Shown piece by piece: positions 1-10,957 of a DNA stretch of 64,000 nucleotides. The notes under the pieces were generated by a model that saw only the letters and a list, made by a program, of their open reading frames with translations, was not told the DNA's origin and did no database searches. Each line of letters starts with the position of its first letter. The stretch's first letter is position 1. The DNA comes from Acinetobacter phage vB_AbaSt_W16. Both the position numbers and the translations under genes were made by a program. The stretch lies in the sequence record PP174317.1. One strand, 5' to 3'.

Positions 1-68
1 AATGTGTGGCCAGGGCATACCATCATGAGAACCAAATGCAGTGCCGCAATGCGCAAATACAAGTTGAA

Positions 69-455
69 TCATTTTAAATATCCTTTTTGTTCAAAATATG
101 TTTCCGGTTCATTTTTACAAGAAATTTTATAATGCCAAATATTATGCACACGCACACGTGTAATTTTATATCGATCATGCATTTCATGGCCTTTCAAATC
201 AAAACAATATTTTAAAGCCATACAAATAAGAACACGCTTAGGCATAATTTTCAAAATAATTTTACTAAGAAAATCTAATTTGTAACCCATCGCATTAAAA
301 ATTTCAATAATCCAATCTCGGCTTAAACGCGCAAATGTTTCACGTTCTGCTGAATTTTTTAACTGTTGTGCGCGGTTTAAAAACTCTTGACGTTGTTGCT
401 CTTTAGTATCACTAACTAACTTTGCAATTGCATCTAAATGCTTTTCTGTTTTCAT
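69..455 (-). CDS. hypothetical protein
   Basis: 128-aa ORF from the six-frame track, packed tail-to-head with neighbours; no recognisable motif. Confidence 0.35.
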   Translation of the reverse strand: MKTEKHLDAIAKLVSDTKEQQRQEFLNRAQQLKNSAERETFARLSRDWIIEIFNAMGYKLDFLSKIILKIMPKRVLICMALKYCFDLKGHEMHDRYKITRVRVHNIWHYKISCKNEPETYFEQKGYLK

Positions 456-781
456 TTCAATTTCTCCATAAATTTTAGAGTTGCATCTTTATCAAATTTT
501 GTAAAAGACTTAACTTTTACAAAGGGCTGTTTTTCTCGACGTAACATAACTTCATGATTTGATACCCGATGTAACACCCAATCATCTTCAATTTCATAAA
601 TTACAAGATAGTCATATCGATTAGGTTTAAATTTGGAATTATTAAAATTTCCATCTTTAACCCGTTTTAAAAATTCTATTGTATCAGTAAACCATTTAAA
701 GCGGCTTTGCCATGCAAAAGGTTGAAATTCTGATACCTTATTGAATTCATCTTCACACATTAAACGATATAAAGTAATCAC
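452..781 (-). CDS. hypothetical protein
   Basis: 109-aa ORF with a 4-nt overlap onto the neighbouring gene, typical phage packing. Confidence 0.35.
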   Translation of the reverse strand: MITLYRLMCEDEFNKVSEFQPFAWQSRFKWFTDTIEFLKRVKDGNFNNSKFKPNRYDYLVIYEIEDDWVLHRVSNHEVMLRREKQPFVKVKSFTKFDKDATLKFMEKLK

Positions 782-815
782 TTAGATGTACCCAAATTTG
801 TAACCAAATAATTTT

Positions 816-1274
816 CTAAATGACCAAATTTTGACGTAATGTTTGTGCTACATTAAGTGCCTGTTGGATTTCATCACGACTTTTGCTCTCTAATGAAGAT
901 GTCACCAATTTAGTTAACTTTTCATTATTTTTTGCAATTGCAGTAGTTAGACGGAGTTCCATTGGCGGCAGCTTATCACTAATTAAACGTAAATTTTCAT
1001 TTAGAATATCATAGCTATTAAAGAAACACCACATACCAAAAATATCAATATCTATCGTATATACGGCTTTTGTTTCAATGTCTTTAATCATTGTTACACC
1101 AACAGTAATACCATTACGATCATTAACTTCTATAACTTCAAATTTAGCCCCAGGAACAAAGGCTGGAACATAATGACTTATAGCCGCATTAGATGCTGTA
1201 GTATGATTCCAACGTTCTAATACTTCATAAATTTCGCCTACACGAATTTGTGGATAATTACTCATATCATGCAC
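816..1274 (-). CDS. hypothetical protein
   Basis: 152-aa ORF of unknown function. Confidence 0.4.
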   Translation of the reverse strand: MHDMSNYPQIRVGEIYEVLERWNHTTASNAAISHYVPAFVPGAKFEVIEVNDRNGITVGVTMIKDIETKAVYTIDIDIFGMWCFFNSYDILNENLRLISDKLPPMELRLTTAIAKNNEKLTKLVTSSLESKSRDEIQQALNVAQTLRQNLVI

Positions 1275-1323
1275 TCTTTAAAAGTATTTTGAAAATTATA
1301 TCACAACTGAAATAAAAATGAAA

Positions 1324-1348
1324 TAAAAAAAGAGGACCGAAGTCCTCT
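1324..1348 (-). terminator. rho-independent terminator downstream of gene 32
   Basis: GC hairpin agaggac-cgaa-gtcctct preceded by an A7 run on the plus strand, giving a U-run on the minus-strand transcript. Confidence 0.55.
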
Positions 1349-1354
1349 TTAAAA

Positions 1355-2275
1355 TTATAAACCTTTTAACAAGTCATCTAAACCAGGATCAGCAGCCGGA
1401 GCAGCTTTAACAGGTTCAGGTGTTGCAACAGGTTCTACATCAGTTTGAGCGGTAGCAGTGAAACCAGCCATTTGCTCTTCAAAATTATCAAGTTCATTTG
1501 CAATATTATCAGCATGAGTTGCGGCTTGTGCTGCTGCACCACCCATAACAGCAGTACCCATAATACGTTTAAATGTTTCTTCATTTTTTTCAAAACTATT
1601 GAATTGATCTTTTGCAGTTAACACATCAATATCAACCATATTATCGATTAATTGTTTTTGATATGCTTCATCTTCAATATTTTGAATCTTAGATTGACCT
1701 AAGAATTTACATTCGTCATAGTTGCTAAAACCACCAACTTGCTTAACTTTAAGAATAAAGTTTGCGCCTTCGAATGGACATGTTACATCAACAGGAATTT
1801 CACCCATATCAGCATTTACTTCAATCATCGCATTGATCTTATCCATAACTTTTTGACCAAAACGATATTTAAACACTTGACCTTCATTTTTAGGATTAGC
1901 TGGGTCTTTAATAACCAAGATGTTACACCAGAAAGAAGTTTTGCGTTTAATTTTACCATACAATTGATTGTCTGTATTATATAAATCATTATCAGAAATA
2001 TATTTACATACAGGGCATGATTCAAAATCGCCATGAGTAGATGTACAGTTTTCGATATACCATTTACCGTTATTTTTGAAACCGTGGTTTACAAGTTTAA
2101 CAAATGGGATTGATTCGGGTGTACGACCAGGCAAGAAACGAATTACAGCAGTACCATTTTTTGCATTGTCTAGCTCAAGTTTCCATTCTTTACCATCGGC
2201 TTCATTAAATGAACCTGCACCTTTCATTGCTTGAAGTTGAGCGGCTAATTGAGCTGGGTCTTTACGTTGAAACAT
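1355..2275 (-). CDS. 32: single-stranded DNA-binding protein gp32
   Basis: [14 protein letters not shown]... aligns along its whole length with T4 gp32 ([28 protein letters not shown], zinc-finger Cys/His, acidic C-terminal tail). Confidence 0.95.
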   Translation of the reverse strand: MFQRKDPAQLAAQLQAMKGAGSFNEADGKEWKLELDNAKNGTAVIRFLPGRTPESIPFVKLVNHGFKNNGKWYIENCTSTHGDFESCPVCKYISDNDLYNTDNQLYGKIKRKTSFWCNILVIKDPANPKNEGQVFKYRFGQKVMDKINAMIEVNADMGEIPVDVTCPFEGANFILKVKQVGGFSNYDECKFLGQSKIQNIEDEAYQKQLIDNMVDIDVLTAKDQFNSFEKNEETFKRIMGTAVMGGAAAQAATHADNIANELDNFEEQMAGFTATAQTDVEPVATPEPVKAAPAADPGLDDLLKGL

Positions 2276-2405
2276 AATTTATTTTCCTAACAGTTGGTGA
2301 TACACCTTGGATATTAAACTCACAAAAGCTTGTGTACCTAAGCTTCAGGAGAGATTTTATTTTATCATTAAGATTTTGAAAAGCATCTTAACAATATTAT
2401 TTATA

Positions 2406-3056
2406 TCAGTATTTTGCAGCCTTTATTGATGTTTTAAATGCCTCACGGCACTCATCAGCATCAACTATAAACAATAGTCTATAGGCTTTTAATCGTACCG
2501 AATAATTCGACCATATGATGTTGTCATATTGATCATGCTTTTCAATAATATTCAAAAAGCTATCAAGCATAATAAATGTTTCAAATGAAATTATTCCACT
2601 CTGTAAAAGCTTGAATATATAAGACATTTGAGTTGATTCATTATAACAAAAGATATCGTTAAGCGAGTTTACATTAACTTTCTTTGCAAAATAATAAATG
2701 TTTCGAACATCTGCGTCATATCGAGACTTAACTTGACGAAGTCTAGCTAAATAAGTCTGATAAAAGTTGACGGCATCTGCATCAGAAATATCGCCAATCC
2801 AAGCATCTTGGTTGGCAACCAAATTACTAATGAAGATTAAAGACAATTCTTTAAGAGTAAATTTTTTAGACAATTTTTCAAAGAAAAATTTATCTTTGCG
2901 TTTGGCGTATGCAGAGTCAGAAACTTTCATACGCCAATCGGATTTAATGACATCTCGACGACCATTAAAATGATTTTTCAATTGAAGATACAAGTTATAT
3001 ACACTTTTGCCGTCAATTTGAATGTTATTGTTTGGAGGCAATAACAATTTAACCAT
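2406..3056 (-). CDS. 59: helicase loader gp59
   Basis: 216 aa; IDGKSVYNLYL, KLSKKFTLKELSLIFISNLVANQDAWIGDISDADA and IFKLLQSGIISFETFIMLDSFLNII match T4 gp59 almost colinearly. Confidence 0.9.
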   Translation of the reverse strand: MVKLLLPPNNNIQIDGKSVYNLYLQLKNHFNGRRDVIKSDWRMKVSDSAYAKRKDKFFFEKLSKKFTLKELSLIFISNLVANQDAWIGDISDADAVNFYQTYLARLRQVKSRYDADVRNIYYFAKKVNVNSLNDIFCYNESTQMSYIFKLLQSGIISFETFIMLDSFLNIIEKHDQYDNIIWSNYSVRLKAYRLLFIVDADECREAFKTSIKAAKY

Positions 3057-3351
3057 ATAAAAAGTCCAATGTACTATGGGTATTTTGTTTAGTTAAAGAA
3101 GGTTTTAAAATATTATCTTCAATAACTTCAAGCTTTAATTGCTCAATAATAGCCTCTGGTATATACCTGGCAAATTGCGATTCAGGAATTGATCGTTCTT
3201 CCATCCACCAAGTCACAGCTTCAAGCACAGACAATCCAGTTGCGACAAGATCATCGATCTCTGCCGCAGTGGTCTGTTTATCATATGCTTCTGCAACTAA
3301 CTTAGTTGGATTCCCCGTAACCGGGGTTTCTTCAGTTAGTAAACAATGCAT
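3049..3351 (-). CDS. 33: late transcription co-activator gp33
   Basis: The C-terminal half (LSVLEAVTWWMEERSIPESQFARYIPEAIIEQ...TLDFL) matches T4 gp33. The track ORF runs to 3396, but the start is more likely the internal Met at 3351. Confidence 0.75.
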   Translation of the reverse strand: MHCLLTEETPVTGNPTKLVAEAYDKQTTAAEIDDLVATGLSVLEAVTWWMEERSIPESQFARYIPEAIIEQLKLEVIEDNILKPSLTKQNTHSTLDFLYG

Positions 3352-3598
3352 CGTAGGCTTCCAAAGTTTCTTCAGATTCATTTTCAAAAGCTTCACGACT
3401 ATCTTTATGATACATGCTCAAAAGCTTATTAAATTGTTTCGGTTCAAACCCAAACTCATCTTGTGCGCGCTTACGAATTTCTTTAATCGCATCATTTGCA
3501 CCTTCAATAATAGCTTTATGATTAGAACATTCTTTAATCATTGATTTGATCATGTCGCCATGTGCAGCTTGATTGTATTCAACTTTAGTTTTAGCCAT
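3332..3598 (-). CDS. dsbA: dsDNA-binding late-transcription protein DsbA
   Basis: 88 aa; MAKT..., IKEIRKRAQDEFGFE..KQFNKLLSMYHKD resemble T4 DsbA (89 aa), and the position between rnh and 33 is the same as in T4. Confidence 0.8.
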   Translation of the reverse strand: MAKTKVEYNQAAHGDMIKSMIKECSNHKAIIEGANDAIKEIRKRAQDEFGFEPKQFNKLLSMYHKDSREAFENESEETLEAYDALFTN

Positions 3599-3657
3599 TT
3601 CATTTACCTCATTGATTTGGTATGTGTTTATTTTAACATTTATTCCCGGAAAGCGTC

Positions 3658-4728
3658 TTAAAACGCATTGATATCCGGGAGTAATTTAGTTAAACCTGAT
3701 TTTACAAAATAAGAATAAATCTTACCTCGTGGCGCAGGTGTTGATGTTTTATATGCTTCCAAGATTGCATCTTGGATATCCTGACGGATATAATTAAAAT
3801 CAATTAAAACACGGTTTTGTGTAAAGCGATGAAATTGTATTTTTGCAATGCGTTCTGCCATTATTTCAATATCACCATTAAATGATTCAATAGCTTCTTC
3901 TGACATACCTTGCAGCATTAAAAGATTTTTTGCACGCTCAAGACCTTTCTTTTTATCTCTAACTTTATTTTGCACATCTTCTAAGTAAATTTGATAAATT
4001 TCATCATCAGTTTTGCCAACACATGCTTTAATAAATGCTTCATAAGTCGGAGGCGTACGCTCAATAGATGTATCAGCAGTTAAGAAATAATCGCCTCGTA
4101 CTTTTGTTGATGCAACACAGTCCTTTTTATCACCTTTAATAATTTTTGTTAAACAATCTTCCTCAGGTGAACCTGTTTTATGTTTAACGAATTTCTTTTG
4201 AATTGGTGAATATTGATCAACATTTTCAATAGTATGCAACTGCGTAAAGTCACCATCTGATGAAATAATACGAACTTTATAACCAAGTGAACTAAGATAT
4301 TTTGATAATACCGCAATACAGTCATCGGCCTCTGCAAATTTAACATCAATTACATGATAAGGCATATTATCTTTTAACTCTTGAATAACAATATTAAGAG
4401 CTTCAAAATATCCTTCCCAGTCAAATGATTCTTTTTCTTTATCAGCATCGCGTTTAATAGCACGATTTCGCTTATAATAATCTTGGAATTGTCTGCGCCA
4501 ATATCCAAATTTCGCATTATCTACTGTAATAATAATTTCGGTAAAACCTTCAGCTTTAAATTTTAAAGCATTTACTTTTAAAGTAGATAAAACTAGTTGT
4601 CGTACTTTAGGAACAGTAAATTTTTCACCTGGATCATATGCTACTGCAACAGTTGCTAATGCAATTTGAGACAAGTCAATAAGAGCAGCACCTTTTTCAG
4701 GTTCACCCATCATAAAATCTAAACTCAT
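3658..4728 (-). CDS. rnh: RNase H / 5'-3' flap exonuclease
   Basis: IDLSQIALA, NAKFGYWRR, WDWEGYFE, ISSDGDFTQLH, KGDKKDCVAS and PPRGKIYSYFVKSGLTKL are colinear with T4 RNase H. Confidence 0.9.
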   Translation of the reverse strand: MSLDFMMGEPEKGAALIDLSQIALATVAVAYDPGEKFTVPKVRQLVLSTLKVNALKFKAEGFTEIIITVDNAKFGYWRRQFQDYYKRNRAIKRDADKEKESFDWEGYFEALNIVIQELKDNMPYHVIDVKFAEADDCIAVLSKYLSSLGYKVRIISSDGDFTQLHTIENVDQYSPIQKKFVKHKTGSPEEDCLTKIIKGDKKDCVASTKVRGDYFLTADTSIERTPPTYEAFIKACVGKTDDEIYQIYLEDVQNKVRDKKKGLERAKNLLMLQGMSEEAIESFNGDIEIMAERIAKIQFHRFTQNRVLIDFNYIRQDIQDAILEAYKTSTPAPRGKIYSYFVKSGLTKLLPDINAF

Positions 4729-4957
4729 AATATAATCTCTCTAAAAGAAGTTGTACCCATCATATAATATAAATATTAAAAGCATCTAAATTGCACATTT
4801 ATGTGCTGGGCGAAGCCCTATATCTATTCCGGCTTAAATAGTAAAAGCATAGGGGGTAGGGGGTAAACCCATTATAACATTTAGATTTTGTAAAGCAAGT
4901 TTACTCAAATTTTAAGTGGTCAAAATACATACAGTATAGGTCCACGGAGACGCTTTT

Positions 4958-4965
4958 TATAAATA
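4958..4965 (+). promoter_or_regulatory. T4-type late promoter (TATAAATA) upstream of gene 34
   Basis: Exact TATAAATA about 40 nt upstream of the gene 34 ATG; a second copy lies at 4768..4775. Confidence 0.55.
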
Positions 4966-5003
4966 CAAGATATAATATCTTTAATATTAAAGGATAAATT
5001 CAA

Positions 5004-8000
5004 ATGGCAGAAATAAAGACAAGTTTCCGTGCCACATACGGAATTGATGCGGGTGGCGAAAAAGTTATCAATGTCAAAAAAGCAGATAAAACTGTAATGA
5101 CTGATGGCGTAAACGTTGAATACCTAATTCAAGAAAACACAACTCAAATGTATGACCCTGAACGCGGCTATCCAAAAGATTTCGCGGTTTTATTTAATGG
5201 TCGTTTATGGTATGCAAAACAAGCTACACCAACTCCAGCTGGGCCTTTTAATGAAGGTTACTGGTCTCCTGCACGTACTGACCCTAAATGGTATCAAGTC
5301 GCGGGTAATCGTACAATGCAAGTTGGTGAATATCTAACTATTGATACTCTTTCAGTTCGTAATCTTGAATTAACATTACCATCAAATGCACAAGAAGGCG
5401 ATAACATTACTATTCGTGATGTAGGCGGTGAACCTGGTTATGCAGATATTTTAATTAAAGCCGGAACTCAATCTATTATAGATAAGGGTGAACGACTTAA
5501 AGAAATTAAAATGACAATTCCATTTTCAGAATGGACTTTCATTTATGTTAATAAATTATGGACATTGTACAATGGTTCAGAAGCAGATTTAGCAAGAACT
5601 CTTAGACCGGCTGATACTCCATATAAAATTCAATCGGGTGAAACTATTTTACGCTCATATGATAGAGCAAGTCCGATTAAAGTTCAGTTTCCTAAAAATG
5701 CTAATAACGGAGACATGATTCACTTTGTTGGTATGGATGCAGCAACATCAGCCCCGTATTTTCATTTAGAATTAAATTCTTTTGACGCAAATACAAGTAT
5801 TATTGCACCAAATACGCCAAAAGTTGTATTACAACGTTCATTATCTGGTTATTTTATCTATAATGCAACGACTAGAATCTGGATGTTATTTGATTCTGAT
5901 ATGACTGATCGTCTTCGTACAGTTAGTTCAGATACAAACCTATTTCCGAATGAAACTGTATCTGTTGTGGGTACATCAAATGCAACTGTACCTGCATTTA
6001 CACTGACTTTACCTACTCAAGTGTCAGATGGTGATCAAATTACGGTGGCATTGAATTATATGCGTAAGGGTCAAACAGTTAATATTACGGCTTCGGGACG
6101 TGATATGATTTTGACCAATAAAAATCTGACACAATTTCCAAAGCGTAAAGACTACCCAGAAGAAGGTAATTGGGTTAATACAAAATCACTTCAATATAAT
6201 GGTGCTAGTGATTATCCTCCGGTAATTACGTTTGCATATATTATCATGAATCCAGATCCAGACCCAACCAAATTCCTGGCACAATGGATGGTTGTTGATA
6301 ATAATCCTATGATTGAACGCGTTGACCCTACTAATCCAGCACGTTTGGGTGTTATAGCTTTAGCAACTCAAAATCAAGCCAATTTAGATAAAGGTCAAAT
6401 TGCAGCTAACCCAATTGCAAAAGAACTCGCAATTACTCCTGAAACATTGGCAAATCGTACTGCTCTTGAAAGTAGACAAGGTATTGCGGCAATTTCAACT
6501 AAAGATCAAAACTCTTTGCCTACGGATAGTGCAGCTTATGATGATTTAACGATTGTTACACCATTAAAGTTGAATCAAAAACAAGCAACAGAAACTATGC
6601 GAGGTTTAGCCGAAATTGTAGATGATACTGAGATAAAGAGTAATACTAATGATACTCATATTATTACACCTAAGAAATTAGATGCTCGTCGCGCGACAGC
6701 TTCATTATCTGGTGTGGCAATGTTAGTAGAAACAGGTGGTGTTTCAGCAACTGCTCGTAATGCGCCAGGTACTGGTATTTTTAACTATGCCGATAATGCA
6801 CGTGTCATTACCCCTACAACATTGCGTGAATTTAAAGCAACTGAGACCCAACAGGGTGGCGGTTTCTTAGCAATGGACTCAGAAGTTATCGCAGGTACAC
6901 CTAATCCAGCTGGTATACCATTATTGGTTACCCCTGAACAACTTCATAAAAAGACAGCAACAACAGGCCGTATTGGTTTTGTTCAAACTGCGACCGAAGC
7001 TGAAGTTTTAGCCGGAACTGATCCATTGAAATATGTTTCGCCATTTACTTTAGCTAAACGTGTTGCTACAGATAGTGCGACTGGTCTTGCTAGATTTGCA
7101 AAACAGACTGAGTTTAATGCAGGCACAGCTGGTTTAATTTCAGACCCTGCTGTAATTAAAACATTCTTTAGTGATGCAACTAGAACCGAGGTGGATAATA
7201 CTTCAGGACTTACACAAAGTGGAAATTTATGGACTTCTACAGTGTTTAATATTGTTGCGCCAACTGATAAACAACGAGGTACAGCTAGATTATCTACTCA
7301 AGCTGAAGTGAATACTGGTACAGATTATACTACTATTGTTACACCTTTAACACTACATAATAAGAAGTCGACTACAACAGCTGAAGGTATTATTCGTGTC
7401 GCAACCGATGCAGAAACTAATACCGGTACATCTACTAATACTGCAGTTTGTCCATTAAGTTTAAAAAATATGATTCAAAAACAAGAATCATGGGCTGCAA
7501 GTAATATAGTACGAGGCCCAGTATTACTATCCGAAGGTGCAATGACTTTTGCTGGGAATGATGTGACAGGTTCAACTGCTGCATTATTACCTACATACAA
7601 ACAAGTTGGATATGCAATTTCACCATATGAATTGAATAAAACTTTAATGAATTTCTTACCGGCTAAAGCTAAAGCAGTAGATTCTGATAAGTTGGATGGA
7701 TTTGATTCAACTCAATTTGTGCGCAGGGATATTGATCAAACAGTAGCAGGCTCAATTACATTTACAAAACCTATTGTTGTAAAAGATGCGGCTACTGTTG
7801 AAGGTTTATTGCTTGCAGGTACGCCAGGTGCAAACGGATATGATAAACCTGCTGTACCGGTTTTAGGGTTAAAAGCTATTGTAAATGGTGCAAATTGGAT
7901 ATTTGCATGCGATGGTACAAGCAAAGCCCCAGCTTCGCCTAAAATTCATTTTGGTTACAAGTACAATGGCGCATCTGATGCTGCGATTGATATACAAGCC

Positions 8001-8852
8001 TTTGAAATTAATCATAATGGTGAAACATCATTTAATTCAACTTTGACTGTGGCAGGTGCATCAACATTCAAAAGTAGTTTGAATGTATCTGACATTATTA
8101 ACACAGATTTAGGTTATCGTATTGATGGACGAGACGCCATTACTGTGGTAGACAATATAACTAAAGTAGGTACTATTGCTAGACCATTAGATTTAATTGG
8201 ATCAGATGCTGGAAATATTCGAGCATTAGATAGTGGAACAGTATATCAGGTCTTAACTACAAAAAATAGAGCATCCATTTTAGATCCTCTTTATGTTAAG
8301 AAATCTGGCGATACAATGACTGGTGCTCTAACTTTGCAACAAGCATCAATTAGAGCAATACGTACAGAATCGGCAACCTTTGCAACTGCTGCGCCGACAG
8401 CAACTACAGCGGGTAGCTGGAGTTCAAATATTGTAACTGCTGCAATTTATAATTTATTCCCTGGATATTTGGTTCCAGTTTTTGATAAATTAAAACCGAC
8501 TATTATTGAAAGTTATACTGAAGTTAAAGGGCCTGGTATTTTATCACAGGTTGGTACAGATAAAGTTGAAGGTACTTATCAAATTTGGGCTCCGCGCCCG
8601 ACAGTAGCGACTGCCAATCATAATGCAAATACAATTTATACTCGTATTTGGAATCCGGTTAAAAATGCATGGGAAGGTTGGTCTTACGCCTTTAACTCAA
8701 GCATTAGACCTACTGCTAGTGATATTGGTGCAATTCCTAATAATGGGTCTGCATTAGATAACTTAACTATCCGTGACTGGATTCAAGTTGGTAATTTGCG
8801 CATTTATGCTGATCCATTAACTAAAAATGTCCGTTTTGATTGGATTGAATAA
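5004..8852 (+). CDS. 34: long tail fibre proximal subunit gp34
   Basis: 1282 aa; the N-terminus MAEIKTSFRA..GIDAGG.K.INV..AD.TV.TDGVNV.YLIQENT and the internal ATETRxGxA-type repeats match T4 gp34 (1289 aa). Confidence 0.95.
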   Translation: MAEIKTSFRATYGIDAGGEKVINVKKADKTVMTDGVNVEYLIQENTTQMYDPERGYPKDFAVLFNGRLWYAKQATPTPAGPFNEGYWSPARTDPKWYQVAGNRTMQVGEYLTIDTLSVRNLELTLPSNAQEGDNITIRDVGGEPGYADILIKAGTQSIIDKGERLKEIKMTIPFSEWTFIYVNKLWTLYNGSEADLARTLRPADTPYKIQSGETILRSYDRASPIKVQFPKNANNGDMIHFVGMDAATSAPYFHLELNSFDANTSIIAPNTPKVVLQRSLSGYFIYNATTRIWMLFDSDMTDRLRTVSSDTNLFPNETVSVVGTSNATVPAFTLTLPTQVSDGDQITVALNYMRKGQTVNITASGRDMILTNKNLTQFPKRKDYPEEGNWVNTKSLQYNGASDYPPVITFAYIIMNPDPDPTKFLAQWMVVDNNPMIERVDPTNPARLGVIALATQNQANLDKGQIAANPIAKELAITPETLANRTALESRQGIAAISTKDQNSLPTDSAAYDDLTIVTPLKLNQKQATETMRGLAEIVDDTEIKSNTNDTHIITPKKLDARRATASLSGVAMLVETGGVSATARNAPGTGIFNYADNARVITPTTLREFKATETQQGGGFLAMDSEVIAGTPNPAGIPLLVTPEQLHKKTATTGRIGFVQTATEAEVLAGTDPLKYVSPFTLAKRVATDSATGLARFAKQTEFNAGTAGLISDPAVIKTFFSDATRTEVDNTSGLTQSGNLWTSTVFNIVAPTDKQRGTARLSTQAEVNTGTDYTTIVTPLTLHNKKSTTTAEGIIRVATDAETNTGTSTNTAVCPLSLKNMIQKQESWAASNIVRGPVLLSEGAMTFAGNDVTGSTAALLPTYKQVGYAISPYELNKTLMNFLPAKAKAVDSDKLDGFDSTQFVRRDIDQTVAGSITFTKPIVVKDAATVEGLLLAGTPGANGYDKPAVPVLGLKAIVNGANWIFACDGTSKAPASPKIHFGYKYNGASDAAIDIQAFEINHNGETSFNSTLTVAGASTFKSSLNVSDIINTDLGYRIDGRDAITVVDNITKVGTIARPLDLIGSDAGNIRALDSGTVYQVLTTKNRASILDPLYVKKSGDTMTGALTLQQASIRAIRTESATFATAAPTATTAGSWSSNIVTAAIYNLFPGYLVPVFDKLKPTIIESYTEVKGPGILSQVGTDKVEGTYQIWAPRPTVATANHNANTIYTRIWNPVKNAWEGWSYAFNSSIRPTASDIGAIPNNGSALDNLTIRDWIQVGNLRIYADPLTKNVRFDWIE

Positions 8853-8862
8853 GGAGACTTAA

Positions 8863-10899
8863 ATGGCTAAAGAGACATTCATTGCCTCATTTGCAAAAGA
8901 TGTAATTGAGGCGAGTGTCTTTTCAGAAGCTGATGCTGTAGTATATCAGTTTAAAATTGGAGGGGCAACGGATTATTCGACCCCTCCTTATCTGAAAAGA
9001 AATGATGAAGATTTAACGGGTACAACTTTAAAAGGTTTAAATCTTAGAGGATTTAAAACGGCCAATGGTGTTCCAGAAATTAAATCTTTTGAATTAACGC
9101 CAACAGATTCAACAATGAATACTGGATTTACTTCATATATGAATAGCTCAGGCAATCCATATGTTGTTATTATGAGTGGCCCTGGACTAAAATCATCACC
9201 TTCTGTTGATACTTGGTTTAAGACTGTTGGTTCAGTAAATTGGCCAGGTACATTTTTGGCAAATAATTATTCATGTGGTTATGTTGGCATTTATAATTCA
9301 GCCCGTAAAAAGATTGTATCTGAAGTTTTATTATCAACTGACGGTACCGATAAAAATTTAGCAGAACTATCAGTAGTTTTTGATGAACTTAATGATATCG
9401 GTGCAGTTGGAATGCCCTCTAGAATTGTGTATGATACCGAAGAATATGCAACGATGAATGGGTATGAATATAAACGGTTTCCGACAAATAACGCTATTAA
9501 TAAAATGTCAGATTATGGCTTATTGCCGGGCGCCGTTGTAGAACTATCTGCAGATTTATATGCCGATGCTGTTATGACGTCTTCTAATATGAAAACCAGA
9601 GTAAATTTACGTTGGTATAATGCATCAAATGCTTTAGTAGATTCATCCACAATATTAGAATCTAACGGTACAGGCTGGACTTCAATTGGTAAATACTCAA
9701 CTGCACCAGCTACAGCAACTGGATTTACAGTTGTGGTTTCAAGATTTCCTCGTAATGATGCTGTAACTGGTAAATCATCTATTAAAAATATTGTTTTGAC
9801 CGAGACTTCTCGAGACGGCAGTAAGAAGAATGGTAATGCAATTATTGGTATTCACGGTATTAAAGCAGGTCGTTTTGTTGAACAGCAAACAGCAAATCAT
9901 TTAATGGATTTGGGTATTTTTACAACAAGCGAAACTAATACTGTTCCAATTGTTGGTATTCGTGAAAATAATGGTACCTTTGTTTCAGAAGAAATTGATT
10001 TTACTATTGATCAAAAATTACCAACATTTTTATTGTTCAAACGAAATTCATCGGGTTCATATCATAGCGATGGACTATCAATGAATATGTATGAGGTCGG
10101 TCCAAATATTCCTAGATTTGATACTGGATATGATGCGACTACTCGTAAGGCTTATAATAGGGGGTTGTTGGTTGAAAAACGTGCTACTAATTTGTTAGTT
10201 AATAGTAATTTTGATGTTCTAGACCCTGTTCCATGGGGTGCTACTAAACCATTTACAACTACACGCAATGCAAATGGCACTATTAAAGTTGCAGTAAATA
10301 CATCAAGTAGATTAGACTTTCAAAATCACCCTACATTGCGTAAATTAAATCTTGCTGCAAATATTGATTATACCACATCTCATTATTTGAATGGTAACTA
10401 TCCAAATAGTTATATGTATTGGTTAAATCCGAATGGTGCAGGTGCTCTTTATTTGGGCACAATTGGTGATATAACGCCACTAGCTACAACTAATGCATTA
10501 ATATCTCGTACTTTTACTACTAGACGATTAACAACGCCTTTAGCTAATGGTGATTTAATGCGAGGGTATAATGCCAATGAGGTAACCGATGGTTGGTATA
10601 ATGTTGGTTATTCACAAGTTGAAGCCGGTTTATATCCTACTTCATGGATTCGTACTCTTGAAGAACCTGCAACAAGAGAGCCTGATATTTTAATATTAAA
10701 CGTTGATAATTATACAGGGTCTGTTTTATTAGAATATGAGCGACAAGACAATAATAAAATAGAGAAAAAATGGGTTGATTTAACAAATGCTAAACAACCT
10801 GAGTTGTCATCTTATTTGGATGTTGGTGTATGGATGCGTTCTGTTAAAATGTGTAAGTATATATTATCAGATGCTCAAAAACAAGTGTTTACGGGATAA
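8863..10899 (+). CDS. 35: long tail fibre hinge protein, gp35-like (enlarged)
   Basis: It sits between 34 and 36 and follows the gene 34 stop directly with its own RBS. At 678 aa against 372 in T4 it is larger; similarity to T4 gp35 is weak, so the call rests on position. Confidence 0.55.
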   Translation: MAKETFIASFAKDVIEASVFSEADAVVYQFKIGGATDYSTPPYLKRNDEDLTGTTLKGLNLRGFKTANGVPEIKSFELTPTDSTMNTGFTSYMNSSGNPYVVIMSGPGLKSSPSVDTWFKTVGSVNWPGTFLANNYSCGYVGIYNSARKKIVSEVLLSTDGTDKNLAELSVVFDELNDIGAVGMPSRIVYDTEEYATMNGYEYKRFPTNNAINKMSDYGLLPGAVVELSADLYADAVMTSSNMKTRVNLRWYNASNALVDSSTILESNGTGWTSIGKYSTAPATATGFTVVVSRFPRNDAVTGKSSIKNIVLTETSRDGSKKNGNAIIGIHGIKAGRFVEQQTANHLMDLGIFTTSETNTVPIVGIRENNGTFVSEEIDFTIDQKLPTFLLFKRNSSGSYHSDGLSMNMYEVGPNIPRFDTGYDATTRKAYNRGLLVEKRATNLLVNSNFDVLDPVPWGATKPFTTTRNANGTIKVAVNTSSRLDFQNHPTLRKLNLAANIDYTTSHYLNGNYPNSYMYWLNPNGAGALYLGTIGDITPLATTNALISRTFTTRRLTTPLANGDLMRGYNANEVTDGWYNVGYSQVEAGLYPTSWIRTLEEPATREPDILILNVDNYTGSVLLEYERQDNNKIEKKWVDLTNAKQPELSSYLDVGVWMRSVKMCKYILSDAQKQVFTG

Positions 10900-10901
10900 A
10901 G

Positions 10902-10922
10902 AAAGGGCTTCGGCCCTTTTCT
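10902..10922 (+). terminator. rho-independent terminator after gene 35
   Basis: aaagggc-ttcg-gcccttt hairpin followed by a T-run. Confidence 0.6.
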
Positions 10923-10927
10923 CTTTT

Positions 10928-10935
10928 TATAAATA
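10928..10935 (+). promoter_or_regulatory. late promoter TATAAATA upstream of gene 36
   Basis: Exact TATAAATA directly after the terminator, about 22 nt upstream of the gene 36 ATG. Confidence 0.55.
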
Positions 10936-10957
10936 TCTTTAAAGAGGATAAATTGAT

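Noticed and set aside
1739-2034. Short ORFs (1739..1984 +, 1825..2034 -) in the ORF track inside gene 32
   Set aside because: They lie entirely within the well-supported gp32 coding region on the other strand or frame, and their low-complexity AT-driven translations are typical shadow ORFs. The same reasoning applies to 2767..2973, 3269..3544, 4149..4349, 5152..5337, 7736..7924, 10875..11204, 11952..12389, 12925..15450, 15597..15914, 16014..16202, 17509..17697, 18357..18548, 19828..20088, 20601..21189, 22190..23729, 25544..26005, 28082..28354, 29261..29464, 31616..32457, 33272..33556, 34024..35192, 36261..36579, 37270..37638, 40529..40943, 42059..42331, 42910..43161, 45166..45375, 45726..45938, 46460..46699, 47214..47501, 48941..49135, 49902..50209, 51039..51284, 51634..51959, 51995..52180, 52868..53434, 55105..55302, 56440..56622, 58291..59245, 60234..60534 and 61519..61794.
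4768-4775. Second TATAAATA motif about 230 nt upstream of gene 34
   Set aside because: It could be an additional late promoter, but it lies within an A/T-rich stretch where the motif is expected by chance, and there is no separate downstream gene. Only the proximal copy at 4958 is listed.
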